From Eledone cirrhosa (taxonomy: Eukaryota): a DNA stretch of 64,000 bases. How positions within the stretch are numbered: the stretch's first letter is position 1; every line of letters begins with the position of its first letter. Below are positions 45,481 to 62,196 of the stretch, in pieces. Both the position numbers and the translations under genes were made by a program. Below the pieces are notes generated by a model that did no database searches, was not told the DNA's origin, and worked only from the letters and a program-made list of their open reading frames with translations. Location of the stretch: assembly GCA_964016885.1 (NCBI GenBank), contig OZ024758.1, positions 19,344,001 to 19,408,000 of the forward strand, read 5' to 3'.

Positions 45481-47062
45481 AAAAAGATAGTTAACAAGAA
45501 AACTAATTACATTACATGCAGAAAAAGTTTATTTGGATTATATAAAGCAATAGAATCAATACAATTTGCGGGAGAAAGTAGAGCACAAAATCATTGAGCC
45601 CAATTAATGCATTGGAAACGAATTTGAGGAGCGCAATAATATTGCAATAATGACACATCAGAAATTGTGAGATCTTAAGTATGGGGGAAATGATTGCATT
45701 CTATTGAAAGACAACGTCGCCAATATGTCGCCGAAATCCCTAAGCATGAACACATAGCAACAAAGATAAAGTCAAGTGCACACATTTATAACTTATTCCC
45801 ACGTCGGGCATAGTAGAATTATAAATTGGACATACGATTAATATTCAAAGTTAGGACAGCAACATCTGGCATTCATAGCTTTTATAGGTAGATTACGCCT
45901 AGAGAGTTTAATTTCAATAACGGATAGAGTAGTGTTATCTAAAATTAACTGCCCCTATTTTCCACAGAGAGATTGAACAAAAATTAATAAGCTGGTGAGA
46001 TTGGGGTTAGAATAAAAGTCGGGGGAGGGAGTAAATCAGACACATTATGATGGGGTGGGTAAGGGTATTCAAGGTATGTAAGTATGTCAATTATTGACAG
46101 ACGTAAGAATGAAAACTCAATACCAAACTAAAATTTAAATATCCATTTAATATTGCTAAGCCTTTTTACTCTGGAGTCTCCCGTGCGTATTCACCAGACA
46201 AGACTGGTGATCCTATGAGTACGCACGTGAAACTTCAGACAAACAACGCTGAATAAATTGGGTATAATTCCAGTTTTTTTATTAAATGCTAACAAGCTCT
46301 ATATATTATCCCCTTACGAAAGAGCACAGAGCATAATTATTTTGAAATATATATATATATACAGTGTTGGCAGAACTGGGGTGGGGGTCATGCCACCCTC
46401 CAATAATTATACTTCCTCCCCAAACTAGAAAAACACACATCTATTTGGGTATGCACTACAATTTATATACATGTTATGTTTATCACATATGGAAGTTTTC
46501 GACCACTTTAGTGTACAAAGAGCTAAACTAATCACTACAGCTAACACTGTCCAAATCCCCCCCCCCTCCACAATTCAGAAATGCTTTCACTGCCCTTGTT
46601 ATGATATGCATATATTGACTTGTTACATGTAATGATACGCCGTTTGTAATGTCTCATAGTAGGTTTAATAAACATCAATGCTGTAGTCTTTAACTCGATT
46701 TGTTTGGAATTATTTAAATCCTCCCGCATTTAACAACCCTTTATAATTGGACAATGAAACTAACTACCAATTATTCCTGTGATTGGACATTTATACACGT
46801 TCTCTCAGACCCCGATGAATATTCAGTTATAAAAGTCATTATGAAACAATCGAATTAGAAATGCTCTTGATATTGTATTAACTAGAATATGGGTATCGAA
46901 CATAGAAATATTACCTGGCATCATGTGCTCTTCATGAATTATTAACAACAAATAGAGATATACATAAATTAAGCTTTAAAAATATAAGCAGAAGTAACAC
47001 GCACACGTACAATTACAAGGTTTGCGCTGATTTCTGCAATTAAATCGCGCAATAAAAATAAC

Positions 47063-47227
47063 AGTTTCTGATGTAGGCACAGACCAACAATTTAAGTCGA
47101 TTAAATCGACCCAGAAACGTTACTGGTGCTTTATTTCATCGACACACTAATGTTGAAATGCGGGATATGAAATCTATGTTGTGATGTATGGTGTCCCTTG
47201 CTAAACGGATGCTGCTAATTCACCGCA
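47063..47227 (-). mobile_element. Degraded SINE
   Basis: ACTGGTGCTTTATTTCATCGAC and GCTAATTCACCGC match the family on the minus strand. Confidence 0.6.
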
Positions 47228-48463
47228 ATACAATTAATACACTTTAAAAATAATCACACAATATTTAATAATTGAGCGTTATTTAAGTCACACTTTGAAA
47301 GAAAAAATATACGAAATAAGTATTGAAATCAATATAAAGTTTTTACACGTCTGGTGTGGAATATGTCTGCAAAAGCAAGCAACTTATCTCCAATAATTCT
47401 ATATCACCTATATTACCTATTCCTTCTATAAACATCCTTTTTTCTCTCTATTTCACATTTCCTTGATGCCAGATTCTAGATTAAATCGAATTCTGATTGA
47501 TAAAACTCGAAATTCGCTACTATTAAGCTACATGTATCCGGCAATTAAGGCAGTACTGCCACATACAACTCTGACATTATATTCGAAATATTATACAAAT
47601 GTTGAATATATGTTCACCCACTCAACACGAATGACTTGTGTCTCGGAATAGAAATCGCTATGTTAACTCACATGGACCTACTTGGACAAATAAGGTATTT
47701 ACCAATTACAAATTTTAATCCATTGAAAATAAATAATGAGTTTTCAAAATATAAATCATAGTCAAAGCTTAACTGTGGTATTCTAAATGTTACGGTCAAA
47801 CTTGAATATATTACTTAGAATGAATTACATAAGATTATAAATGTTTTAAAGTGAATTGTAATTAAATAACAAAATCAAGTGTTATTAATTTGTCCAACGA
47901 GGAAATCGATTGTGCGAAAATATGTATAGATGAAGAAATAAATCAACCTACTGAGAAAAATAGAAAAAGCGTAAATATATAACTAGATACGATAAAACAA
48001 TGTTTAACGTGAAATATTTCTGAAACATTCAGTAATATTTTACAAGAAACATACCTCCTATTGATAGATGTGAAACAAGTCAACTAAATGCTAAACACCC
48101 AAGTGTAGTAGTAGAAAACCTGACCGTATGGAAAAACACACTGAATACATTACTTGTGAAAATTGTACATACACACACAGACATATATTTATACATATAT
48201 ATATATAGCAATATTGTAATATAAAATTAATTTGTATAGAGCTACATGTGAAGTCATTCTTTTCCTTTATTTCAAATATACCTAACTGTACAAAGGATTT
48301 CACACATTTTCATATATGTATATATATATGTATATTGACTCTGATTCCAATTGACTTATATCGTTGAACATTTTGTATTTTAAACATTGCTTCACATCTT
48401 CTACATACAGATTACATTGAGTTCTCCATACGGTTTAGACCCTACCATTGATTGGTAGATTTA

Positions 48464-48512
<49 letters not shown>

Positions 48513-49278
48513 ACACACTTATATGAATAATAAGCAGTAGGAGAAGGAGCTACCTACGGCAAAGTGATATACTTAACCTAGTGAAATACACTTATTCTTA
48601 AGAAGTGTTTTGTTCATTTCTGAAACAGACTGACGAGGTATTCTACGCAGTCATCCACTACAATAAATGTAAAAGCAAAACTTTCCTCGTATGACTCGCC
48701 ACCGTCTTGGAAATTTTTCCTGTCGGATCCATTGTTTGGATACATATGGGAAACCGACGGGGCAGTCACAGCTGAAATTATTTACATCGCGCGTCTACTC
48801 GATTAATGTTGCTCAGGGCTAAACCTGCAACAGCAACTACGATATTAATTATGAAATATGTTATCGAAATCAGGAAACACTATTATTTTATACCGAAGTG
48901 TATTAATTTGTCTAAAGTATCATATGTAAATATATTAATTGCAAATATATTAAATCAGTTACAATTTCATAAATCGTAACATCGTAACACCGTCGGAATT
49001 GATTACTTTTCAATGAGAATTGAGACATTGGATATGATGTGTGAATGTGTTAAGTGATCAAACATATTGCAAAAATATATCGGCAATTAATCTATAACAG
49101 TAGCTTCAGGTGTATAAATATTTGTATTTATATGCTGAATCTTACAGCATATATTACTCATATGACAATTTTTTTTTTTTGGAAACGCCAGTAATCAATA
49201 TATGTGCAATAATGAGGTAACGTTCTACTCTCACACTCTAAGAGAATCAATGTGTTACCATCATAGAAGGAAGCAGAA

Positions 49279-49320
<42 letters not shown>

Positions 49321-49324
<4 letters not shown>

Positions 49325-49598
49325 CTCTCTCCCCCATCCATCCGACCACCACCTCTACACTTGTCACACCCTTTCACCACTTGTTTTCATTTTCATTTTT
49401 TTTTCTTTCACTTTAATGTCTTTCCACCTCTCCCCCTTCACACACTCGCGGAGCTCGTTCACTTCCCAACTATCTCCTGGTGAAAGGCTTATGCCCGAAA
49501 CGTCAATCCTGCAGCACCCCACTCTCAAGCGTGAACCTAATAACAACACTGTTCGAAACTGTTCTCCTTGTTATTGTTTGTATTTTTTACTTTTCCAA
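49321..49598 (+). mobile_element. Penelope-type pseudo-LTR fragment with HHR (49477-49504)
   Basis: CTGGTGA-AAGGC(TTAT)GCCC-GAAAC-GTC after a C/T-rich tract. Flanked by (TA)n. Confidence 0.6.
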
Positions 49599-49611
49599 TA
49601 TATATATATAT

Positions 49612-50091
49612 AAACCACAAACCCTCCATCTCAATTCTACTTTTGAAAAGCATAAGAACTGCGAAACCGCTAAAGTAAACAAATAAATATTCTTAAAAGG
49701 ACTCCAGTACCTTTTTCGATTCCATCTTTCTTCCTTGTACTTTCATTCGTGTAGGACATCGCGTTTTTTGTTCTCATTTTTGAAAAAAAAAACTCATTTT
49801 CTAATGTATATATATATATTTACCGTGAAGGTTGAAAGCAGCGATTCGTTGCTTACACTTTAATCTGTTATTTTAATAAATAACTATATATATATATTTA
49901 TATATTAGAAAGTGAGGGATTTTTTTACAAAATGAAAAATAACTGAGGTGTTCTACACGAGTGAAAGTATAAGGAAAAAATATGAAATCGAAAATGCAAC
50001 AATATATTTATTTGGTTCCTTTACCGTTCTTTTGCAGTTCTTCTGCTTTTCAAAAGTAGAGTTGTGATGGAGGGTCTGTGTTTTTTCTCAC
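49612..50091. mobile_element. Two opposed family H copies with a family E fragment between
   Basis: 49612-49805 (+) and 49904-50091 (-) match 32303-32663. HHR ACTT-TTGAAAA-..-GAAAC-CG-CTA-AAGT at 49639-49676. Confidence 0.75.
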
Positions 50092-50167
50092 ACCGGTAAT
50101 GGAACCATATATACATATATATATGTATGTATATATATACATATATATATATATGTATATATATATA

Positions 50168-50767
50168 GAAAGAACTAGGAACAAAGCTAATAGAATAAAC
50201 TCATGCTATGATAGCAATAAATACCAGAGTGTAATGTTCATCGATACAACCCCTAGAGGGGAATTAGCTTACAAATTTAGAAGGGCCCTAAACAAACATA
50301 AACTCAATATTAAGATAGTAGAAAGACCAGGTACCTCCGTAAAAACACTTATTAGCAAGACATACCCTTTTCAAAGACCCTCATGTATAGATAAGAAATG
50401 TATAACCTGTAAAATAAGCCCACATATTAACTGCAAAACTAGAAATGTAGTGTATAGCATAAGATGTACTGAAGGACAATGTAGAGACAAAAATATATTG
50501 TACATAGGTGAGACAGCTCGTAGTGTAGGAGAACGGATAAATGAACACTGGCGAGACCTTCAAGATAGTAAAGAATCATCTGTACTCTACCAACATGCTA
50601 AAATAGAACACAAGGGTAAATTAGAGAACATAGAAATAAAAATAGAATCTACACACAGAACAGACGCAATGTTTAGACAAATTACAGAGGCAATAAACAT
50701 AAAAGAATTACAACCAAAATTAAATAGAAAATATGAGTGGAACAGCAACATCACAACTTACAATTAA
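50168..50767 (+). pseudogene. PLE ORF C-terminus: linker + GIY-YIG endonuclease (5'-truncated, open frame)
   Basis: ..CIDKKCITC..CKTRNVVYSIRC...C..ILYIGETARSVGERINEH..SVLYQHAKIEH..RQITEAINI..LNRKYEW: VVY/YIG motifs, catalytic R and E, CCHH residues. The ORF-track start at 50078 is microsatellite read-through. Confidence 0.9.
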
Positions 50768-50972
50768 GGACAAAATGAAAACACACACACACATAGAACA
50801 AACAACCAACCAGTAACATGTAAATAAACAAATAAATAAATGAACATAAACACACACATACACCCGGATGTGGCGCATGCGCAGACTGAGCACACAACAC
50901 ACACACACACAGAAACATAATGGCGTAGGACAGAACAAAGAAGGGACACAGAAACAAAGAAAGGAATCCTCA

Positions 50973-51015
50973 GTCATTGAAGAGGTCACAGAGTGTGTGA
51001 CGAAAGAATTATGAC
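50973..51015 (+). ncRNA. Hammerhead ribozyme (family A, C3U mutated)
   Basis: GTCA-TTGAAGA-G-GTCACA(GAGTG)TGTGAC-GAAAG-AA-TTA-TGAC. Confidence 0.7.
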
Positions 51016-51532
51016 AATATATAAACAACTATCTGGTTGTGGAACCAACCAACCAACCAGAAATTTATAAATGTATAAATTTATTATAAATTTATTATAA
51101 TAAATTGAAGTGAAAGCAACTGGTTCGTGTGTTTCTTGTGGGCAACATGACCCTCCCAAAGTATAACAATATCGGTTTCAACACACGATTTCAGATAAAG
51201 AATCTTGCTAAACAAATTCAGAAAAGAAATATATATTATACATTTTCAATATTGTTATTACGGTGGATTCTAGTACTATATAATAAATTGCCGTATGAAT
51301 AAGGACGTCATTTGGTGCATGAGTTGGGTGTTTTACGAAGCGAAAAAATAAACAATACAATTGATTTGCTGTCACACAATTCTGAAGAAAGTGTTTCTTT
51401 TGTTTTAATTAATATAATGGAATAGCTATGAATAATGTTTTGATTCAATTTCAGAGAGATGCATTTATATTTTGGTATGATTCAAATTCTGTTTCAATTT
51501 AAACTGTGACCAGCAACTGAAAGCATGCGTAC

Positions 51533-54567
<3,035 letters not shown>

Positions 54568-54850
54568 ATAGTATTAGTTATACTATTTATGGTTATGTAA
54601 ACACAAAACCTTAAGCAGTTGTAAGTATTTTACACACACCCTAAATAGTGGTAGGCAGTAATGTATTACTACCTTATTACCAGTAAGTTAAGTAGCTCAA
54701 TGTAAAAACATCAGATGATTTACAGAGCAGTTATATGAAATATAAGAATCAAAGAACTGCTCAAAACATTATTGTGCTTACAGCTGTTTCCTCCAAACCG
54801 AGGTTTGGATTCTTCGGAGCAATTTATTAATGCATGGACAGTTATATGAC
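54568..54850 (-). repeat. 283-bp inverted arm (copy of 55724-56006), containing an antisense HHR at ~54775-54821
   Basis: Exact reverse complement by eye. Confidence 0.9.
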
Positions 54851-55780
54851 TACAACCATAGAGATCATTAATTTAGAATCCTCGCTCATCATCTATAATT
54901 TCCATTTGTAGCACCTTAAGATGGGTTAATCCACCCTAATAATAATATGATCACCTTCAGCATAATTTAGTTAAACTACTCTATAGTTAGTACACTTTAT
55001 GCTTTAAAAGTCTCTCTTGGAAGGTGCACCTCACCATGGAATTTAGGGTCTATATTGAGACACATTTTAATGGCTAGATATAGAAACCCCAGAGTTACCT
55101 CCCCGCATGCATTAACTCCCCTTAGCCACACACACACTTCCGGTATTCAATGGCGTCTCTCGAAACGTAACAACCACCTGTATCGAACTAAAGAGCACCA
55201 GACTACGATCTCTAACTGGATTGTCGTGGATTATGTGAAAGGCATATAATCGAAATATACACTCCCTTGACCATGAAAATACCGAAGTACATGAATTACT
55301 TGACATCCCTGCGCTGTGCATCTCCAATACTTATAACACTTTTAATGCTTGCACTATCTTTAATGCTTATAATATGTCTCCACACACAGACTATATCAAT
55401 CATATAAAGACTTTGCCACCAGATCTACCAACCTAACACTCTTATTTACCTACCTAAGTGCCTCTACCACACATATCTCTCTGCCACACTATATAAACAA
55501 GACGCACATGCGTGCCACACATATAACATTTGCACTATATAACCACTTATCTTCATGTTGTACTTTAACCTATATCTTTGATTTTTGATTGTACCTATTA
55601 ATATAAATGTAATCTCGAAGTGTGTACTGCCACTCTAAATTCTGTAATGAATGTTGACCCACAATGTTTGAATATGTATCAATGTTTGAATATGTATTGG
55701 TATGTCTCTCGGCTGAAGGGGAGGTCATATAACTGTCCATGCATTAATAAATTGCTCCGAAGAATCCAAACCTCGGTTTG
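54848..55780 (+). repeat. 5' pseudo-LTR (direct repeat of 59047-59979)
   Basis: Constant 4199-bp offset. Identical duplicated small ORFs at 55055/59254. I noticed only one substitution (~55376 G vs ~59575 T). Confidence 0.93.
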
Positions 55781-55799
55781 GAGGAAACAGCTGTAAGCA
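55753..55799 (+). ncRNA. Type I hammerhead ribozyme, U4C variant, in the PLE pseudo-LTR
   Basis: TGCT-CCGAAGA-A-TCCAAAC(CTCG)GTTTGGA-G-GAAAC-AGCT-GTA-AGCA: palindromic loop III, typical of PLE HHRs. Confidence 0.8.
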
Positions 55800-56048
55800 C
55801 AATAATGTTTTGAGCAGTTCTTTGATTCTTATATTTCATATAACTGCTCTGTAAATCATCTGATGTTTTTACATTGAGCTACTTAACTTACTGGTAATAA
55901 GGTAGTAATACATTACTGCCTACCACTATTTAGGGTGTGTGTAAAATACTTACAACTGCTTAAGGTTTTGTGTTTACATAACCATAAATAGTATAACTAA
56001 TACTATTAACTGCTCCATATCGTTGAGCTGACATATAATATTGCCAAT

Positions 56049-58508
56049 ATGCTAATCAAAGACCAACTCCCCATGTCAACCAAGAACATACCAATACCAT
56101 CCAGGAATACATATGAGAAATTGCTGATCAACAGTGTAAATTCATTTATCAATAGAGTGAGATGGAGGACATTCCATTATGATAGAAACAAATCTAACAA
56201 CTTGAATAATACTAACAATTTTGACTCCTTCGGCTTTAAAACCTTTAAAAGCCCCCCTCATAACACTCTACTTAACTCCTTTGAAAATGACCTAGTTAAA
56301 CTAGTTAAGAACATTAAATACAATAAGCACCATATTAGAAGCAACACCTTCTTAAACAAACTTAACACTTCTATTAGTGGATTCAAAACTAGTAATAAAA
56401 TTATTGTACACGCGGATAAAACTAATAACATATACAGCCTAGATTATATTACTTATAGAAAGTTTATATATAATGAACTACATAAAAGCTACAAAAAAAC
56501 CACCTTGAAAAACTTAGAAGATATTAATGTAGAGGGTTATAATATAGTGTCTAAACTAGGACTACAGAGGCATACACAACCTTTCACTCCGAACCCCCCT
56601 AGATTCTCTCTGAAGGACCATAAAGAGAACTTCATCAGCAACCCCACGATAAGACTTATCTGCCCTTCCAAGTCCGACATTGGTATTATCAGCAAGAAGA
56701 TTTTGGATAAAATCATCCCACAAATTAAACACAAGATACACCTTAAACAATGGGGAAATACGGGTGAAGTAATTGAATGGTTTAAGGATATCAAGAATAA
56801 TAAGAACAAAAAATTTATTCAATTTGATATCAATTCATACTACACCTCTATTTCCCCTATCCTATTAAATAAGGCACTTATCATGGCCATGACCAATAGC
56901 GACCTGACTAGAGCCCAGGTTGATGTCATCCTTGCGGCCCGTAAAACCATAATCACCTTCGAGGACCAACTATGGACACGCAAGGATACGCACAACAACT
57001 TCGACATAACCATGGGATCTAGTGACTCGGCGCAGGTCACTGATTTGGTCGGCCTATACCTCCTCAATGAAATCCATAAAGACCTCCCTTACCTCAACGG
57101 TGGTTTGTACCGCGATGATGCACTTCTACTCATAGAATATAAGAAATTTAATATAGAAAGAACTAGAAAACAACTGCATAAGACATTCAAAAACTTTAAC
57201 CTTAGCATCACCATGGACAAAAACACTAAAAATGTTAACTTCCTAGACGCCACACTATACCTAGACTCAAAAATATATACACCCTTCCATAAGCCTAATG
57301 AGAAACTTATTTACGTAGATACCAAGTCTAATCACCCTAGATCAATATTAAACTCTATCTCTAAGGGGGTGTCCAATAGAATCTCTAGTCTGTCCTATGA
57401 CGCAAACATATTTAGCAAAAACTCACAATATTACAATCAAGCATTAGCTAGCTCCGGCCATAATATAGAAATTGAGTTCCTACCTAAGAAAACACATAGC
57501 TACAACATCATCTCGCACAACATGTCCATGAGGAAATCTAATAATAGGAATAGCAACCACAAGTACACCAAAGCGGAGGGTGCCACCGGAAGTAACCATT
57601 ACCATGGAAACTACTGTGAGGCCTTAGGAGGAAGCAACACACCAAACACTAAAAGCAAAAATAGAAGAAGAAATAATACATTTTTCAACCCTCCTTTCAA
57701 CCTAAATGTCTCCACCAACATACCTAGGGCTTTCTTCTCACTACTAGATAAAAACTTCCCTCTAGGACACAAGTACCACAACCTCTTAAACAAAAACACC
57801 ATTAAAATCTCATACTCCACGACGCCTAACTTAGCATACCACATAGCTAGCAGCAATAATAGTAAAATTAGTTCTTACTTCCAACAAACAAAATCGCAAC
57901 GGGATGCAAACCCTCTAAATACCACTGTAGCAAGCAACAATAGCAACGGCAGTAACAATAGAAATAACACTAGTATAAGTAATAACACCAGGGTTGTCAA
58001 CCTGAACACCCAAAATCCTATACCCACCACACAGACTTCCGCATTGCATTATAACCAGCGGACTAACGCACAGAATAATTGTAACTGTAGAGCTAATAGA
58101 ACCTGCCCTTTAGATAAAAAATGCCTAACCAAGGATGTCATATACTCATGCACAGTCACGACTAATAACTCTTCAGAAACCTATGTAGGCTCCACTTCTA
58201 ACTGCTTCAAAATTAGATATAACTCGCACATCCACTCGTTCAAAAAGCACAGCCTAGCCAACTCCACCTCACTTTCTAGCTACATTCACTATCTAAAATC
58301 TAAAAATAAACCATACACACTCAAATGGGAAGTGATAGGCAACGCGACCTCGTACAAACCACCTAATAAATTCTGTAACCTCTGTATACTAGAGACACAC
58401 AATATTATCTTCTCCAACCGTAACCTACTTAACAAAAAATCTGAGGTGTTTGCAACTTGCCAGCACCGCCTCAGACATTCCTTCCAAAACTTTAAGCCCC
58501 ATATATAG
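56049..58508 (+). CDS. PLE polyprotein: reverse transcriptase + C-terminal GIY-YIG endonuclease (819 aa)
   Basis: RT motifs ADKT, LKDHK..PTIRLICP, QFDINSYYTSI, ITMGSSDSA, YRDD, VNFLD. CxCx5C (CNCRANRTC), VIY..YVG..FKIRY..H, CNLCILE, LLNKKSE..CQHR. No stops. Confidence 0.95.
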   Translation: MLIKDQLPMSTKNIPIPSRNTYEKLLINSVNSFINRVRWRTFHYDRNKSNNLNNTNNFDSFGFKTFKSPPHNTLLNSFENDLVKLVKNIKYNKHHIRSNTFLNKLNTSISGFKTSNKIIVHADKTNNIYSLDYITYRKFIYNELHKSYKKTTLKNLEDINVEGYNIVSKLGLQRHTQPFTPNPPRFSLKDHKENFISNPTIRLICPSKSDIGIISKKILDKIIPQIKHKIHLKQWGNTGEVIEWFKDIKNNKNKKFIQFDINSYYTSISPILLNKALIMAMTNSDLTRAQVDVILAARKTIITFEDQLWTRKDTHNNFDITMGSSDSAQVTDLVGLYLLNEIHKDLPYLNGGLYRDDALLLIEYKKFNIERTRKQLHKTFKNFNLSITMDKNTKNVNFLDATLYLDSKIYTPFHKPNEKLIYVDTKSNHPRSILNSISKGVSNRISSLSYDANIFSKNSQYYNQALASSGHNIEIEFLPKKTHSYNIISHNMSMRKSNNRNSNHKYTKAEGATGSNHYHGNYCEALGGSNTPNTKSKNRRRNNTFFNPPFNLNVSTNIPRAFFSLLDKNFPLGHKYHNLLNKNTIKISYSTTPNLAYHIASSNNSKISSYFQQTKSQRDANPLNTTVASNNSNGSNNRNNTSISNNTRVVNLNTQNPIPTTQTSALHYNQRTNAQNNCNCRANRTCPLDKKCLTKDVIYSCTVTTNNSSETYVGSTSNCFKIRYNSHIHSFKKHSLANSTSLSSYIHYLKSKNKPYTLKWEVIGNATSYKPPNKFCNLCILETHNIIFSNRNLLNKKSEVFATCQHRLRHSFQNFKPHI

Positions 58509-59046
58509 CAATGTCGGACTGGAACCTAACACCACATCTAGCATCAAACACCAGAGACACACCCTATACTACATACCCAACGCTAGCTGATCCATTATAA
58601 CACAAACAACGACATCCCTCTGGAACCCTTCGCAGGGAAAATACCCATTTATACCTCTACGGCAGGTGTGACAACATCCACCCACCTGGACGGCACTACG
58701 CCGCTCTAAGGGTAATTTGAGCATGAATTGATCGGTTGGATGGTGTTGGGCAGAGGAAACACCTTCCTTAGACAGATGTAAAATGATTTAATCGAGTAGC
58801 GCTGTTGACCAGTACGACCAGGCCGCTGAGCGCAGTGAGTGAATGCAATGCAACTGCCGTGCGGGTTGTACGTATATGGATGATCTGACGGTCAGAGAGG
58901 GGTCGCGAGGACTGCGGCTTGACCTTTGGCCTGCCTGGGGATGATTATCTTTCGACATCCAATGTAGCAAGCGATGACCCGGATCTTACCAGAGATCATT
59001 GGGTCCTGAAGCAATCCTGCAATCACCGCGCCTGGTCATATGAGCA

Positions 59047-59979
59047 GACTACAACCATAGAGATCATTAATTTAGAATCCTCGCTCATCATCTATAATTT
59101 CCATTTGTAGCACCTTAAGATGGGTTAATCCACCCTAATAATAATATGATCACCTTCAGCATAATTTAGTTAAACTACTCTATAGTTAGTACACTTTATG
59201 CTTTAAAAGTCTCTCTTGGAAGGTGCACCTCACCATGGAATTTAGGGTCTATATTGAGACACATTTTAATGGCTAGATATAGAAACCCCAGAGTTACCTC
59301 CCCGCATGCATTAACTCCCCTTAGCCACACACACACTTCCGGTATTCAATGGCGTCTCTCGAAACGTAACAACCACCTGTATCGAACTAAAGAGCACCAG
59401 ACTACGATCTCTAACTGGATTGTCGTGGATTATGTGAAAGGCATATAATCGAAATATACACTCCCTTGACCATGAAAATACCGAAGTACATGAATTACTT
59501 GACATCCCTGCGCTGTGCATCTCCAATACTTATAACACTTTTAATGCTTGCACTATCTTTAATGCTTATAATATTTCTCCACACACAGACTATATCAATC
59601 ATATAAAGACTTTGCCACCAGATCTACCAACCTAACACTCTTATTTACCTACCTAAGTGCCTCTACCACACATATCTCTCTGCCACACTATATAAACAAG
59701 ACGCACATGCGTGCCACACATATAACATTTGCACTATATAACCACTTATCTTCATGTTGTACTTTAACCTATATCTTTGATTTTTGATTGTACCTATTAA
59801 TATAAATGTAATCTCGAAGTGTGTACTGCCACTCTAAATTCTGTAATGAATGTTGACCCACAATGTTTGAATATGTATCAATGTTTGAATATGTATTGGT
59901 ATGTCTCTCGGCTGAAGGGGAGGTCATATAACTGTCCATGCATTAATAAATTGCTCCGAAGAATCCAAACCTCGGTTTG
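59047..59979 (+). repeat. 3' pseudo-LTR (truncated by the assembly gap within the HHR)
   Basis: Direct repeat of 54848-55780. Confidence 0.93.
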
Positions 59980-60179
59980 NNNNNNNNNNNNNNNNNNNNN
60001 NNNNNNNNNNNNNNNNNNNNNNNNNNNNNNNNNNNNNNNNNNNNNNNNNNNNNNNNNNNNNNNNNNNNNNNNNNNNNNNNNNNNNNNNNNNNNNNNNNNN
60101 NNNNNNNNNNNNNNNNNNNNNNNNNNNNNNNNNNNNNNNNNNNNNNNNNNNNNNNNNNNNNNNNNNNNNNNNNNNNNNN
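59980..60179. other. Assembly gap (200 N)
   Basis: Run of N. Confidence 1.

Positions 60180-62196
<2,017 letters not shown>

Larger units (their letters stand above)
50165..51230 (+). mobile_element. 5'-truncated PLE (CCHH-finger GIY-YIG type, Neptune/Nematis-like), parent of family A
   Basis: Endonuclease ORF remnant followed by the family A pseudo-LTR with HHR. Begins at (TA)n. Confidence 0.85.
54568..59979 (+). mobile_element. Full-length Penelope-like retroelement, Hydra-clade-like
   Basis: Inverted arm, 5' pseudo-LTR, intact RT/GIY-YIG ORF, 3' region and second pseudo-LTR running into the N gap. (TA)n on both sides. Confidence 0.93.

Noticed and set aside
55055-55327. Duplicated small ORFs (64 and 71 aa; again at 59254-59526)
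   Set aside because: Identity comes only from the pseudo-LTR duplication. The sister copy at 62.7-63.0 kb has indels across this region.
58890-58925. HDV-like ribozyme (TCCTCGC loop, minus strand) in the PLE 3' region
   Set aside because: Could not form P3 and P1 around the loop.
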